A DNA stretch of 64,000 nucleotides from Styela clava (lineage: Eukaryota): contig NC_135261.1 in NCBI RefSeq assembly GCF_964204865.1, positions 7,502,001 through 7,566,000 of the forward strand, read 5' to 3'. Both the position numbers and the translations under genes were made by a program. Position 1 is the first letter of the stretch, and each line of letters begins with the position of its first letter. This document shows positions 14,105 through 27,748 of the stretch, one piece after another. The notes beneath the pieces were generated by a model that saw only the letters and a program-made list of their open reading frames with translations, ran no database searches and was not told the origin of the DNA.

Positions 14105-17100
14105 ATGCCAGCAATCGAAAAGAACAAACCATCAAACTTTATTGATAAAGGCAAGTATTCAGTGACTAGCAAGTGATTTAGTGTCATGAGAAAATATGGT
14201 GTAGTGGGATGACAATATAACTATTTTAAGGTAAAGGTGATTGACAAAGGGATCTTCCTAACATGAAGCATATTATAATTGACTCAAGTTTATTCGATTA
14301 AATTTATTTTATACATGAAAATAGTAATGTTCCGGAACGTCTTTATTTACACATTTTATATTATCAGTCTCGTTGCATTGCATCTTCACATATTCTTCTA
14401 AATTGAGTTGATCCAATCGTTTTACCTTTGTTTTCAGTCTCTTTGGACAAAATCAACAAAATTGGAGACAAAGTTGAAAATCTTGACAAAATTATGAGAA
14501 CTGTCAAATATGTTGTGTCAGAGAAAATGAAGAACACCAGAGAAGATTTTCGCAGAGATATAGTTGAAGGTTCAATTTATTCTTATGTAATATGTATTTG
14601 CCTTCATGATTACCCTATTCCTGGAGTGGGCAAATGGGTCCTTCTAATGTAAACTATGCATAAAAATCGTTTCTGTTTCAGTGGTACCTGAACGTTGTTC
14701 GTCCTTTAGTATATGTATGTTTCGCATAATTCACATGCTGTGACTGATAGATCTATTATGCGAAGCTAAGCGACTAAGCGTAGTAAGCTGAAGCGTCTTT
14801 AATCGAAAAATTCCAACCGTATTCACGGAGCATGAGTCGAATTGTCGATAAATTGTGGTTTCGTATTTTCTATATGTACATAAGGCGCGTCGGCCCATTA
14901 GGTGAAACATAGTTTATTACGTAAGACGGCGATCTGTATGGAAAGGATTTACATATTTATCCCGGTGGAGAGGAAAGCCGATAGGACGGCTTATCCATAT
15001 GGCGAACCACGGCCTCTCGTCCAATTACCATTCCAAGTCGGGTATGGGATTAGTTATATTGTTTGTTTTCGGAAGCATGGTGGTGGAGGAAGCCGTAACC
15101 GACCAGCGGTAACGTGAACCACCCAACGACGGCGAGGAGTCCAGCAATCCTCTCGCACATAACCATCTCTGCATGGGATTCGAACCTGCGAACCCACGCA
15201 GAGTAATTAGAGGTGCGGTGGTGAGTGTATTCCTAACGCTTAGCCCGTTGAGCCACGCATCCGCGCAGCGTACCGATTCTCTGATCTATATACATTAGCT
15301 TTACAAGACACACGATTGATTTGTGCGAAAAAATGAATTTTAAAAGTGTTTTATTGTCCGTAAAATTCGGTAATCGAAAGTGTAAAAACTGTCTACTGAA
15401 GTTGGCTGCAATTTTATATTCTCCTATAATTTCACCATCGCTTTGCCACAGAATTATTGCAGCTGAATTCTACTGATTACTTTATGCCTGAAGCGTGAAC
15501 TAATACCGATTCCATTTGAAATCGTAATTTCAGTCGTGTCAATAATTCCAGAAAACTTTAATAGTGCAAGTTATTCCAACTTTACTTATCTTCAGAGATT
15601 CAACGGAACGTATCATATATTACTGTGCTAATAATCTCTGCAAGTCTGGTAACGTTGGCAATGCTTGACATTTGGACGGTACTACCGATGGTAGGTAAAA
15701 CATGGTTTTTTGAATTTACAGCTAATCATTGAAGAAAAATATAATTTTTGTTTTAAATTATATAGTTGTCCAAACGGAAACAAATATTAGGATGCAAAAA
15801 GTGAAATCGGGATTAAGTGATTTGCGGCAAAATCTGGAAAATGCCGTCAAAGAAATGGAATCTACAACAGAAAGAAAGGAAAACAAATTCATGGATGGTA
15901 TATGGCATTCATTTTCATTCGAAGATCAACGTTTCAAATTTTATCTACTAAATGTTGAAATTTTTTTAGATATTCTTCAACTGAATACAAGCATTGCATT
16001 ACTGAAGAGTCAACTAGAGGCGAAAATATTTACAATTCAGCAAAATGTCAACACTATCGATTCCAAACTAGCTGATGCTGTATGTTTTTTCATGTTATAA
16101 TGTCGGCTACCTTTAAATTCGACACTCTCGTATTTAATAAAACGTAACTATATGATATGGTCTTTTAAAACGAATAATTAATTTTCGCTAAATCACCCCT
16201 CAACGCAAAATCTTTGCCCACATCTGCGCAAGAAGAATGCAAATATTGGCTGTTGCTTTAGATAATAAAAGGTGGAGTTGACCAAAATGAAAACGTCCTG
16301 TTCCTGAGGGAGTCAACCGTGGCTAGCCGGCGGCGGTGTGGCTCAACGGGCTAAGCGTTAGGAATACGCTCGCCACCGCACCTCTAATTACTCTGCGTGG
16401 GTTCGCAGGTTCGAATCCCATGCAGGGATGGTTATGTGCGAGAGGATTGCTGGACTCCTCGCCGTCGTTGGGTGGTTCACGTAACCGCTGGTCGGTTACG
16501 GCTTCCTCCACCACCAAGTCCGTGCTTCCGAAAACAAACAATACAGTAAAACTAATCCCATACCCGACTTGGAATGGTAACCGGACGAGAGGCCGTGGTT
16601 CGCCATATGAATAAGCCGTCTTATCGGCTTTCCTCTCCCCCGGGATAAATATGTAAATCCTATCCTAATATTTTCATTGAAAATATAACGAGGATTGCAG
16701 ATGTTCTGAGTTTTTATGCAGCGTCATCAGTATGTTTCACGTTTAGATAGAAACCGCCCGAGTAATAAAAGAGAAGCAAAGAGCTCAAGCATCAGAAGTT
16801 GGGTGGTATATTGCAGCAAACAATAAGATGTACAGGCTCCTGTACACTCAAGTACAATATCAAGACGCGGTAAAGAAATGTGAGAGCTTGGGTGCCATGA
16901 CCGCATCTGCGGGATTGAGAGATGCAGGAATACGAAAGTAAGTACCATGTAGAATAAACATTATTTCAGTAGCCAGACAGGCCTGTTATGGACTATGAAA
17001 TATATATATAAGACGTCCTTCTGGTTACCTACAATGAATTAGGCGAACTAATTCATTCTGTCTGTGCACCAAAAAATGGATCGGAGGTAAAAAGACTTGA

Positions 17101-17743
17101 ATTAAAGGCGAATTATCACCCGTTATCAGTCCATTTTGAGTATCCAGTTAATCCTTCCCGATGTATGCAATAATATTTCAGCAATCTCAACGCACCTATC
17201 CATTATCTATTAAGTTACGTTTGCCACTGCTTGAAAACCAGTAATATATTGTTTTTTCGGGTCTCCACTCGCCTTGAAATACCTTCTTCCTCATTCTGTT
17301 TGCACACAAATGTATTTTTAGAATGGTGAAAAAAATTACTGATTGCGATAGGAAACCTCATAACGTGTGATGATTAGTGAATAGTGATTATTCTATTATT
17401 GGATATAAGTTCGTGAAAACGATACTGTAATTTTCTCAATATATATATATATAATATAATATTTTTAACTGTTTTTTTTTTCAGTGAAATAACATTGAAA
17501 TTATTACAAGGAAGCAACAGTCACGTGTGGGCAGGTTTGACAGACATTGCAAAGGAAGGCCACTGGGTATGGGCCGATGGAACGCCATCAACTCGTTCTA
17601 ATACCAACTGGATGGGCAGGGAACCAAACAACTATCGTGGTGTGGAGGATTGTGCGGCGATGGATAGAGCGCGGGGGTGGCAAATTAATGACGTTCCATG
17701 TTACGATCGATGGTACATGCTTTGCGAAAAAGCGAGGTTATAA
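14105..17743 (+). CDS. Type II transmembrane C-type lectin receptor, ~322 aa, EPN-type carbohydrate-recognition domain with coiled-coil neck
   Basis: Exons in frame (969 nt): 14105-14150 (GC donor AAG|gcaagt), 14438-14569, 15596-15694 (hydrophobic YITVLIISASLVTLAMLDIWTVLPMV), 15766-15897, 15970-16079, 16747-16937 (GW...YQDAVKKCESLG), 17485-17743 (VWAGLTD..KEGHWVWADG...W...EPNN...EDCAAM...INDVPC...LCEK). The first exon is least certain. Confidence 0.88.
14944..15262 (-). mobile_element. tRNA-derived SINE, same family, inverted orientation
   Basis: Reverse complement closely matches 16326-16668 (gggattcgaacc B-box at ~15175). Confidence 0.85.
16326..16668 (+). mobile_element. tRNA-derived SINE (~340 bp)
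   Basis: A-box TGGCTCAACGG (~16339), B-box GGTTCGAATCCC (16408-16419), atcct-repeat tail; further copies in the window. Confidence 0.85.
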
Positions 17744-18387
17744 AATTGGATATTGGAGATCATTTAGTTCAGGCGTGCCACACTCCGCGCGTTGTAAGAC
17801 ATGTCTAATATTTAAAATACGATGAATGCCCAACGTAACATAGTTTTTTGCTCACGAAATACGGGCATTTCGGTATCAATTGACGTCGACAATACTCATC
17901 TTAGCGATATATACAAATTTACAATTTTTTTCACGTTTCATCTCACGTTTATTAATTCGGAAATGTGAAACCTGTATTGAATTTTGGCAATTCTTTCAAA
18001 ATGATTAGTATGGTATGGCAAATTATATTTTCTTGATGTTTTTTAATCCTTTTTATGTTATCTATTGGCTTGTACGTGTGTGATAGTTTGTACGGTTCAA
18101 ACAATTCCATATATTTTTGCTAAGTGAACATGCATTTTTCTCTTGTAAAATCATTTTATTCAAATGTTTCACTTTACATAGGTTTCATTCGCTGTTCCAA
18201 ATTTATAATCTGGATTTGTTTTATTGACGGCAAATTCGATTATGACGTTCTCGAAATAAACATATTGCTTTGGACTATTTCTATCAAAAGATTTCAATAT
18301 GATACTTTAGGCTACTCCATTCATACCGGACGATCGAACGAAATTGATCCCACAATCATAATCCTATCCATAAAGTCTTTTGGTACT

Positions 18388-18700
18388 TAGGATAGGATTT
18401 ACATATTTATGCCTGGGAAAGGAATGCCGATAAGACGGCTTAATCATATGGCGAACCTTGGCAACTCGTCCAGTTACAGTCCATGTCGTGTATGGGTTTA
18501 GTTAGCTAGTTATTTTTATTTAGATGGATGGATTTGATGGTAGTGGAAGCCATAACTGGTCAATAGCTACGGGAACCACCCTGTGGCGTCGAGGAGTCCA
18601 GCGGCATATTTATCGAATCGAACCTGCGAAGCCAGCAGGGTAATTAGAGGTGCGGTGGTGGGTGTACCGCTTAGCCTTAGCCGGATGCGCCACACCGCCC
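18388..18700 (-). mobile_element. tRNA-derived SINE, diverged copy
   Basis: taggataggatttacatatttat tail and gtaattagaggtgcggtgg core match the other copies; a more decayed fragment lies at ~19610-19720. Confidence 0.75.
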
Positions 18701-20317
18701 GAGCTGATGAACTTAATGCGGGAAAAAATAAAAATAGAAAAATGGCAAAAATAACTCTAACATTCCATAAATGCTAGTTTATTCGAAGACAGACCGCAAG
18801 AAAAATATAATGTACAGAAAATGCATAAATTCACCAAAAACCCTAAATCCCTCCAGCTAACAAGTCTACATCGGAATGAGTAAATTAAAGAACTAAAATA
18901 TCCATTTTGGCATCCACTTCCACATCCTGAAGTTTTAATTACAACTCCATATTTGTCAAAAAATAATAACAAACTAAATAAAAATAAACAAGTTATCACA
19001 TGATTTTAAAACAAAAGCAGAAACCTGCTTGTGTATGCTAAATACTAGAATAAGCAAAAATGATATTCAACCGAAATTGGTACAATGGTAACAATGATAC
19101 AACAATTGTGTGACACTTGTGGCTCCACATAACAAAACTCTAATTGGAAAACAATACAATTTGTAGTTGTTGAATTATCAAATATATCTCTACAATTCAT
19201 ATCAAAAAAAAATTCACCGACATCTGATTAATTATAGCAATCATCTATGAGTTTGAAATATCACAATACGCAACACAATGTACAAATATCATGCTAAATT
19301 TTTACATAGTTCTAGCAAACCACCAAAAAGAGAGTAATTTATATAACAATATCTAAATAACTATTATAAACAGAAAAACCCTCACATTTCAAAGTTATCG
19401 TCAATATGACTTAAGAATATGATAATAATATTTCATTTGGAATATGGAACAAAAATTTGGCCCCATAGAAATTCATGGTGTTCAAGGCCATAACTGCTAA
19501 TATTCATTTGCACTATATATTCACCAATTTGAAAAATAAAACCAACGAGTTTAAAAAAAATACTGTCTGATCAACTGTGACAAGAAAAAGGTATAACAAA
19601 ACTACTCAAATAGTAGGATAAGACAGGATTTTTGTATTTATATCAAGATATGAAAGTTCGTAGGATGACTTAACACATGGTGAGCAACGACTTCTCGCCT
19701 AGTTACCATTCCAGGTTTGATATGAGAAAAGTTTATCTTGTAGTATACTAGACTAAATCAATTTCATTTGAAAACTGAACAAAGTGTTTAACATGCTTGT
19801 AAAAAAAGATAGTCCAGTTTTTAGGTACAGACATGCCACGAAGAAGCAGGCACCAAACTATAACAGCCCTACTCACAATGCTATCTGAACACCTTAGCTT
19901 ATTCTCACACAAAATATCACACCAAAACTAAAAGCAACACCACTTAGAGTTGACACTCAGGCATATCATAACTAACAGAACATTTTTCATCCTTTTCTAT
20001 TGGTTACAAATTGTAGATAGAACTTGCATATTTAACATTATCACAACACAATAGTAAGAAACTGGCAGTTTTAGAAGTTTCAAAAATTGCAAAATATCGC
20101 TATTTTTTCGTATCAGCAATGATTTGATTTAGTTAGATTTCAAAATTTGATCAATCGTTTTCACGATTACGCAGTATTAACAGATCCATAATTGTTTACC
20201 AAGCAAGTTGAAAACTCATGCCAGATATGGCAAAAACTGAAAAAACAAGTAGTAATGTCCTGAATTGAATCAAAGACAAAACCGACAAAAATACTTGAAT
20301 AAAAAAGATAGATCAAC

Positions 20318-20650
20318 CAGGGCTGTAGAGTCAGATTCTGGAGTTTTGCATGATTTCATTCAAACTGGAGGCTGAGATTGAGTTAAATTTCTAATTCTGG
20401 AGTCCAAATTTTGAATCCTCGAGTTGTAGCCAGAAGTCAGATTTTTAATGATCTAAGTCAAAATTTTTAGCAGCAAAGCATGATTTTTCCTTGCATTTTT
20501 AAAAGATAATTGAAAATCATGTATAAACCAAAGTTTTTGTTATCAATGTTCTGTTTTCTTGGAATTGTTTAGTGTTTGGTGAGTCTAAATTTAACCCGCG
20601 GCGTTGGAGTCCGAAATCTAATGTAGACTTTCTCAGACTCCACATGTTTA
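20318..20650. mobile_element. MITE with GGAGTC-type internal repeats
   Basis: Starts cagggctgtagagtc, ends gactccacatgttta; 8-bp TSD agatcaac/ggatcaac. Confidence 0.6.
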
Positions 20651-22159
20651 GGATCAACTGTTTACATGAAGCAAAGAGTATTTGAGCAGTAAGTATGTAT
20701 AACAGGTTCCAGTTTCTTAGCTTGTCTTAATAGACTTCACAAGAAGATTATTACTAAATCAGTAAAAACAAAAGTATATCAGCTTAGTATAGTATTCGTG
20801 TACCCAGTTTGTTTCAGACATTCCTGCAAAGTCTTGTATATATTTCAACACTTGAAGTTGGTTGCAAATATGGTAGCAAGTGGCACAAAAACATATAGAC
20901 ATGAAAGAATCACTTCTCGGGCTGAAGCAGGACATTGTACAGATTGCTGAACCGAAGATCTAAAAATTATTCGAACAATATTCCTTGGAACATGACAAAT
21001 TATCGAGTTTAGGAACAGACACAAAAAATAAAATAGAAAATATAAGAGCGCAGGCTAAGATGATAACTCACAGATAAGCATAACGTAAAAATCAAATTCG
21101 AATATTTCCAAAACGCAATATAGCATATACCTCATTTTGGTATCTGCATCATGGGCATGATATTTGCTGAAAATTTTTTCAAAAACGTAGCGAAGACATA
21201 ATTTAATCACACATCCTTAACATATTCAAACACGTTTCCCATATTATCGTATTGTATCCCAATATTTTCACCTCCTTCCTCAATTTTCTAATAATATTGT
21301 TGACTTTCTACTCTGAGTGATGTCTTTTCTTAAACTCCTTCAAAATCATTATTTGCATTTGCCAATCGTTGCTAACTTGATTTCGTACGCTTTTCTAACA
21401 AATAATACATAGCTAACAAAACGACCTGGTCCCAGACCCATGTTATAGAACTGAAAACAAATACGGAGCATATTGTATTGTAACAACAAAGATAACATGT
21501 CGCTGACATAGAATGACAGTTGAGCTAAAATTCATCGAACACAAAACACATTAATATGGCAATATACACGGCCAAAAATTAATAAATGACAAAACTGTTG
21601 TCACGACAATTATCCGCGTTTAGAAGCAGATTTTCATCATTGAGTTGATTTGAGATTCGTGATTTACTAATTACATAATTTTTGTTCTCATAATATGATA
21701 AAGCAAAGACCGACCATCAGATATATTGAAGACTTTTCACAAGATATAAACATATAGGTCGACTGTTTCATTTGACTAACTGTTCTAAGCAAGATCAATT
21801 TAATACATTTTGTACCAAAGTTTTTCAGGAAACAAACTGTTCGAATACACTTACCTTAACAAATGTTTAAAAAGTTCCTGAACTATTATACCTTTTGACA
21901 AGGGGCGATGCTCAAGTATATTAGCGCGAAAAACAAAGTAAAGCAGAACAGTCGACAATTGACGAAAATGGATTGTTTTATCTACACGCACTATGGATAA
22001 ATAAAAGTTTAAAAACAAAATTATAAACTTAACATTGGTTGGCATGCATTCTAGTTAAGTCGTGAAGCTGAAGAATTGAGATCAACGAACGCCATTCGCT
22101 ATAACACCACCGCACTGCAGATTGGTATTTACTGTTAATCTAAGTTGATTCCATGTCAG

Positions 22160-24931
22160 TTACAATAAACCATGACACATTCCATCAATGTATTCCAATC
22201 TCATGCACATGTGACCATACCATGTTTGAGGATAAACTCGAATGTATCGGCATATTATTACATTCGGAAACATGTTGGTGACCTTGGTTCTTCTATCATT
22301 ATTTCCAGTAAATATCTAAAATATATAATAAGGATCAAAAGTATCACAATAAGTTCAGTAGATCATATCAAAATATAGTAAATATAAGTGATAGTTGGAT
22401 TACAGTTGAGTATATATTAATCTAAATTAGGGGATTGCAACATTTTCTGTCGTTGGGCCCTATAACCAACTTCAGACATCTAGCTGGGCTACACAAAAAA
22501 TAGTTTTTTCATGTAAATACCGAATAAAAAAATTCTTGTTCAGCCTTACAGCTATAAAGGCAACAGGCAAACGGCCGAAGATTTAACGCAGCGACAAGAA
22601 TCATGTGAGCGCTTTTTTAAACATAAATGTCGGATTAGGATTTTATTCTTGATGAAAAAAATCTTGAGTGTTGACAAAGGCTCTGATATAAGTAAGAAAT
22701 AGCCACTATGAAGTGTAGAACTCCCCGCTTGTCAACAAATTTCTCTGATAAGAGTTTTTCATGCATTTTGCTGTCTCCTTGCCAAGTTAACTGGTATCTA
22801 ATTTAATTAATGAGTATAGTTTTATAATAAGTCACTATTTCTTTTATATATATATGTTTTTTATTTGAATTCCATATGAAAGACCCCAAATTCGCTGCTG
22901 ACTAGCTTGTTAACAATGACTAGAAAATCCCATATTATGATAAAACTGTTGAAAATCATTATTATTTGCAAATCGAGCTTGATTACTAAATACATCCTAA
23001 ATGCAGTTTTATAAAGGCAAAAAGAGTTTCGAGATACTATCTTACCTTGTCTGAACCATTCTCTTGTATTGTTATCATTGCGCTGGTAGAATTTCCATAC
23101 GATATTTTGAAAGACCGAACCCAATTATCGTTGCGTGCTCGTCCCTGTGTCACGATTCCTCCTATTGGTTTTGGCGCCTTGAAATATACCTGATGCCATT
23201 CTCCTATTGCACCTATAAAAATGAATCATTTATTTTAATATTCTACGAAGAGATCATCCCACTTACATTTTTTAATGCACACAGTCTAAATTCTATAATT
23301 TTGCAACAGGCAGAAGAACTTACTAGAAATCAAAGTTAAATCAAATAGTAACCACATTGCACTATAAGTGCAGAAAGATTTACCAGAAATAACTACTATA
23401 CGATTCATTGCATTCTGTGTTATATGATAGATATTTTTGACCGTGATAATGAACTCTTTCAATTTCATAATTGAGTGCGAAATAATTTAAAGTTTGTTTT
23501 GAAGTTTTATTGAGAACTTATGTACTTGTCAAATATGATATAATTTAACAAACATTCAAATAAATTTGTATAAATAAAAAATTTGGATAAAGACATAGTT
23601 TCCGCAAACGCGAAAATAGTATATTTTGAAGCGCAAACTGTCAGTGATTTTCCATGATTATTTATTTTAATTGTAGAAAATCAAAATAACTTACTTCTAC
23701 CAGGAATCCAAACAGCGTACTTTCCGCCAGAACGATCCACATTGTCCAATCTTCCATAATAAGCTTGATAACTGGGACCATCAAATGATGAAGCTGTGAT
23801 TTGTGAGTCAGGAATGATATAACGATTCTTGACACCCATGTAGCAAATCTCAGCTGAAATTAGAAGTGACCACGCTGTGTATGGTAGGCAATTTCATATC
23901 TTGATTGTTTTTAGTTGGGAGCATTGTAGGGAGACAGAACTTCGGAAACAAATGTGGGAACATGCGATTGAAACCATAATTATTTTATAAGTTTTTGATA
24001 ATATTTTTTCGTCGAGGTTAGATATATTAACAGACTATCGTATTTATTATGAGCAACCATAATTAATTCAGTGACATGAAGTAAAGTCTCTCAACCTTAT
24101 AATAAAAGTTGCCATTGTCATATGATTGCCGCTCAAAACGACTCAGTTTGCCTATTTCTCTAAAATGCTTTATTTATGCAATATTTATATTTATTTATTC
24201 ATGCAATATTTATGTCTGATATAAAAACAGTTATTGGCACAGAGTGTGCCGTACACAGATATTACTCTTGTTTAATTTCAATGATTTTGACATTAATCTG
24301 TTTTATTTTCAAGCAAATGATTGAAGCCGGAAAAGGTGGAAATATACAAATGCAATTCAAATCAAGATCTTCGGCATATGTTTGACAGCAGTGAAATGCT
24401 TACAATTTAGCATATTCTTCATGAACTTTTGACTCTTCAGGAATGAATCTGAAATGAATAAATTAGATGATTAACAAATTGTTAAAATATTTTGAAATTT
24501 AGAGTTTTAATAACAGTTCTGTCTTGAACAATACAAGAGTCGTGTTCAGTTTGAGGTGAATTTCTTTGCACGTTAAATCAAAAAATATTATATTGAGAAT
24601 AAATGATTTGTAATAAATTGAAATTTATCAATCTAATGGAAAAATCTTTCCGATATGATTCGTTCAAACAATCACCTTCCAATTTCCTCATTCTTTCTTC
24701 TAGGTGTTCCGCTGTTCCTGGTTCACCCCGTTCTCCTTTTATTCCGGGTAATCCACGTATTCCTTCATTTCCTCTTTTTCCTGGCCTTCCCTGGCACTGA
24801 CTCGAGTCACATCTGGCGAGACTCGCATTGCCGTTTGCCACCACGTGTGAACAAAATTCATACAATGTTGGCATGTGACATAAGACACAAGGAAGCAGCA
24901 ATATAGAACAGCAAACAACAAAAGAATTCAT
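22160..24931 (-). CDS. Secreted collagen + FA58C/discoidin-domain protein, copy 1 (260 aa)
   Basis: Exons 24931-24676 (signal peptide, 3 Cys, 9 Gly-X-Y), 24448-24404 (neck), 23853-23695 (ICYMG...IPDSQITASS...GRLD...W), 23212-23046 (EWHQV...GIVTQGR...WVRSFKISY), 22315-22160 (IFTGNNDR...CRYIRVYPQTW...MRLEY..GMC). 783 nt, in frame, all GT-AG. Confidence 0.92.
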
Positions 24932-27094
24932 ATTGTTATATCTAAATGCAGGAAGGAGAATATGAAAAGCTTTACAAAATATGTACAAATTTCAATAACA
25001 TAAATTGTCTCAAAAAGGTTAATTAATTTCCTGTACACTTCAACAACAAAATAGAATATACCTCCGTTCGATATCTGCATCGTGGGCATAATATTTGCTG
25101 GAAATTTTTCCAAAAACGTAGCAAATTCATAATTTAATCCCATCCCCTAATATATTCAAACAAGTCTCCCATAATATCGTTTTGTACTCTAATAATTTTA
25201 CCTTCTTCCTCAATTTACTAAGAATATTGTGGACTTTCTACACTGAGTGATGTCTTAAACCTCTTCTCAGCATACACGAATTTACAGACTAAATCTATTT
25301 CTGTCTTCTTCAATAAATAAAGTCTTAAATCTGATTTTCTGAGTGGAAATAGTCTGTGACGTACATAAGTTAAGTTTGCTTTTACCAAATTTGCAGATTG
25401 AAAGCGCCTTGTGTTGTTTAAACTTCTCAGCAGGGGTGAAATAACAAAAGATATCAATGGAGTCACTTGAGACAAGTGTTTCAGTTGAAGTTTGGGTCAT
25501 CTTCTCACGACCTTTAATATTTATATGTAAATCTTCCAATCAAATTGCGTGCGAAAGAAAACTAGTAGAAAAATTCCGTCGGTGGTAAATATTTTACCGT
25601 GAATCAACGAGACTATAAATCAATCCGTAAATTTCTGTTGCAAATTCATTCAATAAAAGGCAAATTAAATTATATGCAAATTAAATTCCGTTTAAATCAT
25701 TAACTTTCTATCATATTGATAATGTTATCAATTATTTCTTCTAATCTAAAATCCCTGTTTTCACATTTGAAAACCTAGATTTCCACCCAATCGAAATATA
25801 CTTATCGGTTACTTACTTACGAAAATTGATACAAATAAAGAATTAAACAAAAAACTGATGACGTCCCATCGTACCTTTCTCGTATTTGGTTTTGTAATGT
25901 CGCTTCAAATTATATTCTTTCGTGACGGATATTACTTGAAAACACACCAGACACTGTGGTTTAACGTTGTTGTGGGTAAGGAAACACATTGCTTTCCAGT
26001 TCACTTCGGTCACCTTTGTCAATAAACAACCAAGTCCGTCTGAGTTGAGTCTCCTGACTCAGCTAAAAAAAAACGAACTGCGTGGCTCTAACTAACTTTT
26101 ATTAGAAAAGTAGTACTAGTAAAGCACCTCACGAATACAGCAATGAATTCGATTACTGAAACTTAATCATTTGTTATTTTAATCACCATTTGTGTTTATA
26201 AATATTCATATACAGATATTTAAAGAAAGTTCGGTATAGTAATTATATATGGTAAATCATAACTGTCATCATTTAAAACCATATTAGAGATAACAACTTA
26301 TCTAAGATTGGTATATGTCTTATCAAATAGGATTATGCAACTGTGTTTACAAGCTGTTAACAACTATATATGATAATTTAAAACCAATCCACGCATGATT
26401 ACACGATGAAACGAAGTTACGTTCTTGGAAACGTGAATAACACTATCAAGAAGACGTTTCATTCATATCCGGAGCAAAAGTTTAAAAAGTACCAAGGTGA
26501 CTTCATATAGTGTTGAATGTGATGAACATTTATCGCATGATGCTCCTATGAACACACGCGCTTATTTATTTCAATTGGAAATAAACGCATTTGACTTCTT
26601 ATCTTCAGCAATGACGTATTTAAGCTCAGTCAATCTTTAGACTTATGTTATAGTGATAAAAGCGTAGGTATGGTTGTGTCAGTCATTGGAAATGCAGAAT
26701 AAAATCACGGGCTAGGCTTAATTTACTTGCCAACCTTTTTCCGGAGCAATCGTTTGAATACATCTTATAAATGTCAAAAATATATTACATTTTACGGCTT
26801 AATCAAAGTCTATGCATCTGGGACAAATCTTCTTCGAGCAAGAGAAGTGCCAAATCTTCCTTCATCTCTTTAATAGTAACACACTATATAATCTGAGTTT
26901 ATTGGATGAAAGTCTTTTTTCATATTACCTCATGATTGAAGTTAGGTTTTACGAAGTGAGAGGTGGCGAACTCGTGGTTTAAGATAGTGTAGCGTACCGG
27001 CAATGTATGAAATAATTATCCAGGTTCAGAATATCTTCTAATATGATCTGACCTCTAGTTTCCTCTCAATAGTCCAAGTCTTTACGCTATATTA

Positions 27095-27748
27095 TGTCAT
27101 TTATTAACAACTCGAACAGTGAACGATCCAAAACAACCAAACACTCCAAAGGAACGGAAAGCATAAAATAAAAATAACAGATACCAGGCAGTAAAATACA
27201 AGAAAGACCACATACACAATAAAAAACACTGACCAACCCTGAAATCGAAGACACTTTCAATAGAAACTAAATGACCCCCAGAATCCAGTACAATAAACTA
27301 GCTACTGCAATTTACAAAACAGGCCGAGACATTTAAAAAGACTATAAACAGTTCTATAGGTGCACAACATTTGAACAATACTGATGAAAGCTAATTCCAC
27401 GACAAAACTGGAAACACAACACCAAATGAACTGTAATTGCACTGTACTGATAAAAACAATAACACGGTCCCTACGTCAGCACACTGTCCAGCACTAAACA
27501 TCCAACGGTCACACAACCACAGACAAACATCCCCGAAGACCAGAGGCACCCACACAGACACAAAACACCCACCAATTCAACCGAAACACTCAGACGACTG
27601 GCCCTCGTCAACCCACGGTGCAGACCACGCCGCAAAAAGGGAAGGCTGACAGTGTCACAGCGCCACCAAGTGTCCTCGCAGATAGAATACCAAATATGGA
27701 AACGATATCACATGACGTCATTTAACAGGCAAAACAAGGGTCGTCACA
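27095..27748 (-). mobile_element. Possible solo LTR
   Basis: TG...CA termini (TGTGACGACC...AATAAATGACA on -) and strong strand compositional skew, but no clean TSD. Confidence 0.35.

Noticed and set aside
15610-15630. ITIM-like VSYITV in the C-type lectin
   Set aside because: It lies at the start of the predicted TM helix, so it is unlikely to be an accessible cytoplasmic motif.
16326-16425. tRNA gene
   Set aside because: A and B boxes are present, but the head continues into a ~250-bp body shared by dispersed copies with a simple-repeat tail, so it is a SINE.
18950-19520. Possible decayed LINE 3' end (CDTC-like motif, A-rich strand)
   Set aside because: Too degenerate; no reverse-transcriptase motifs recoverable by eye.
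26570-26880. Short exon-like segments on - (IKEMKEDLA..., VFKRLLRKKVG, RLTELKYVIAED...)
   Set aside because: No consistent gene model or recognisable family.
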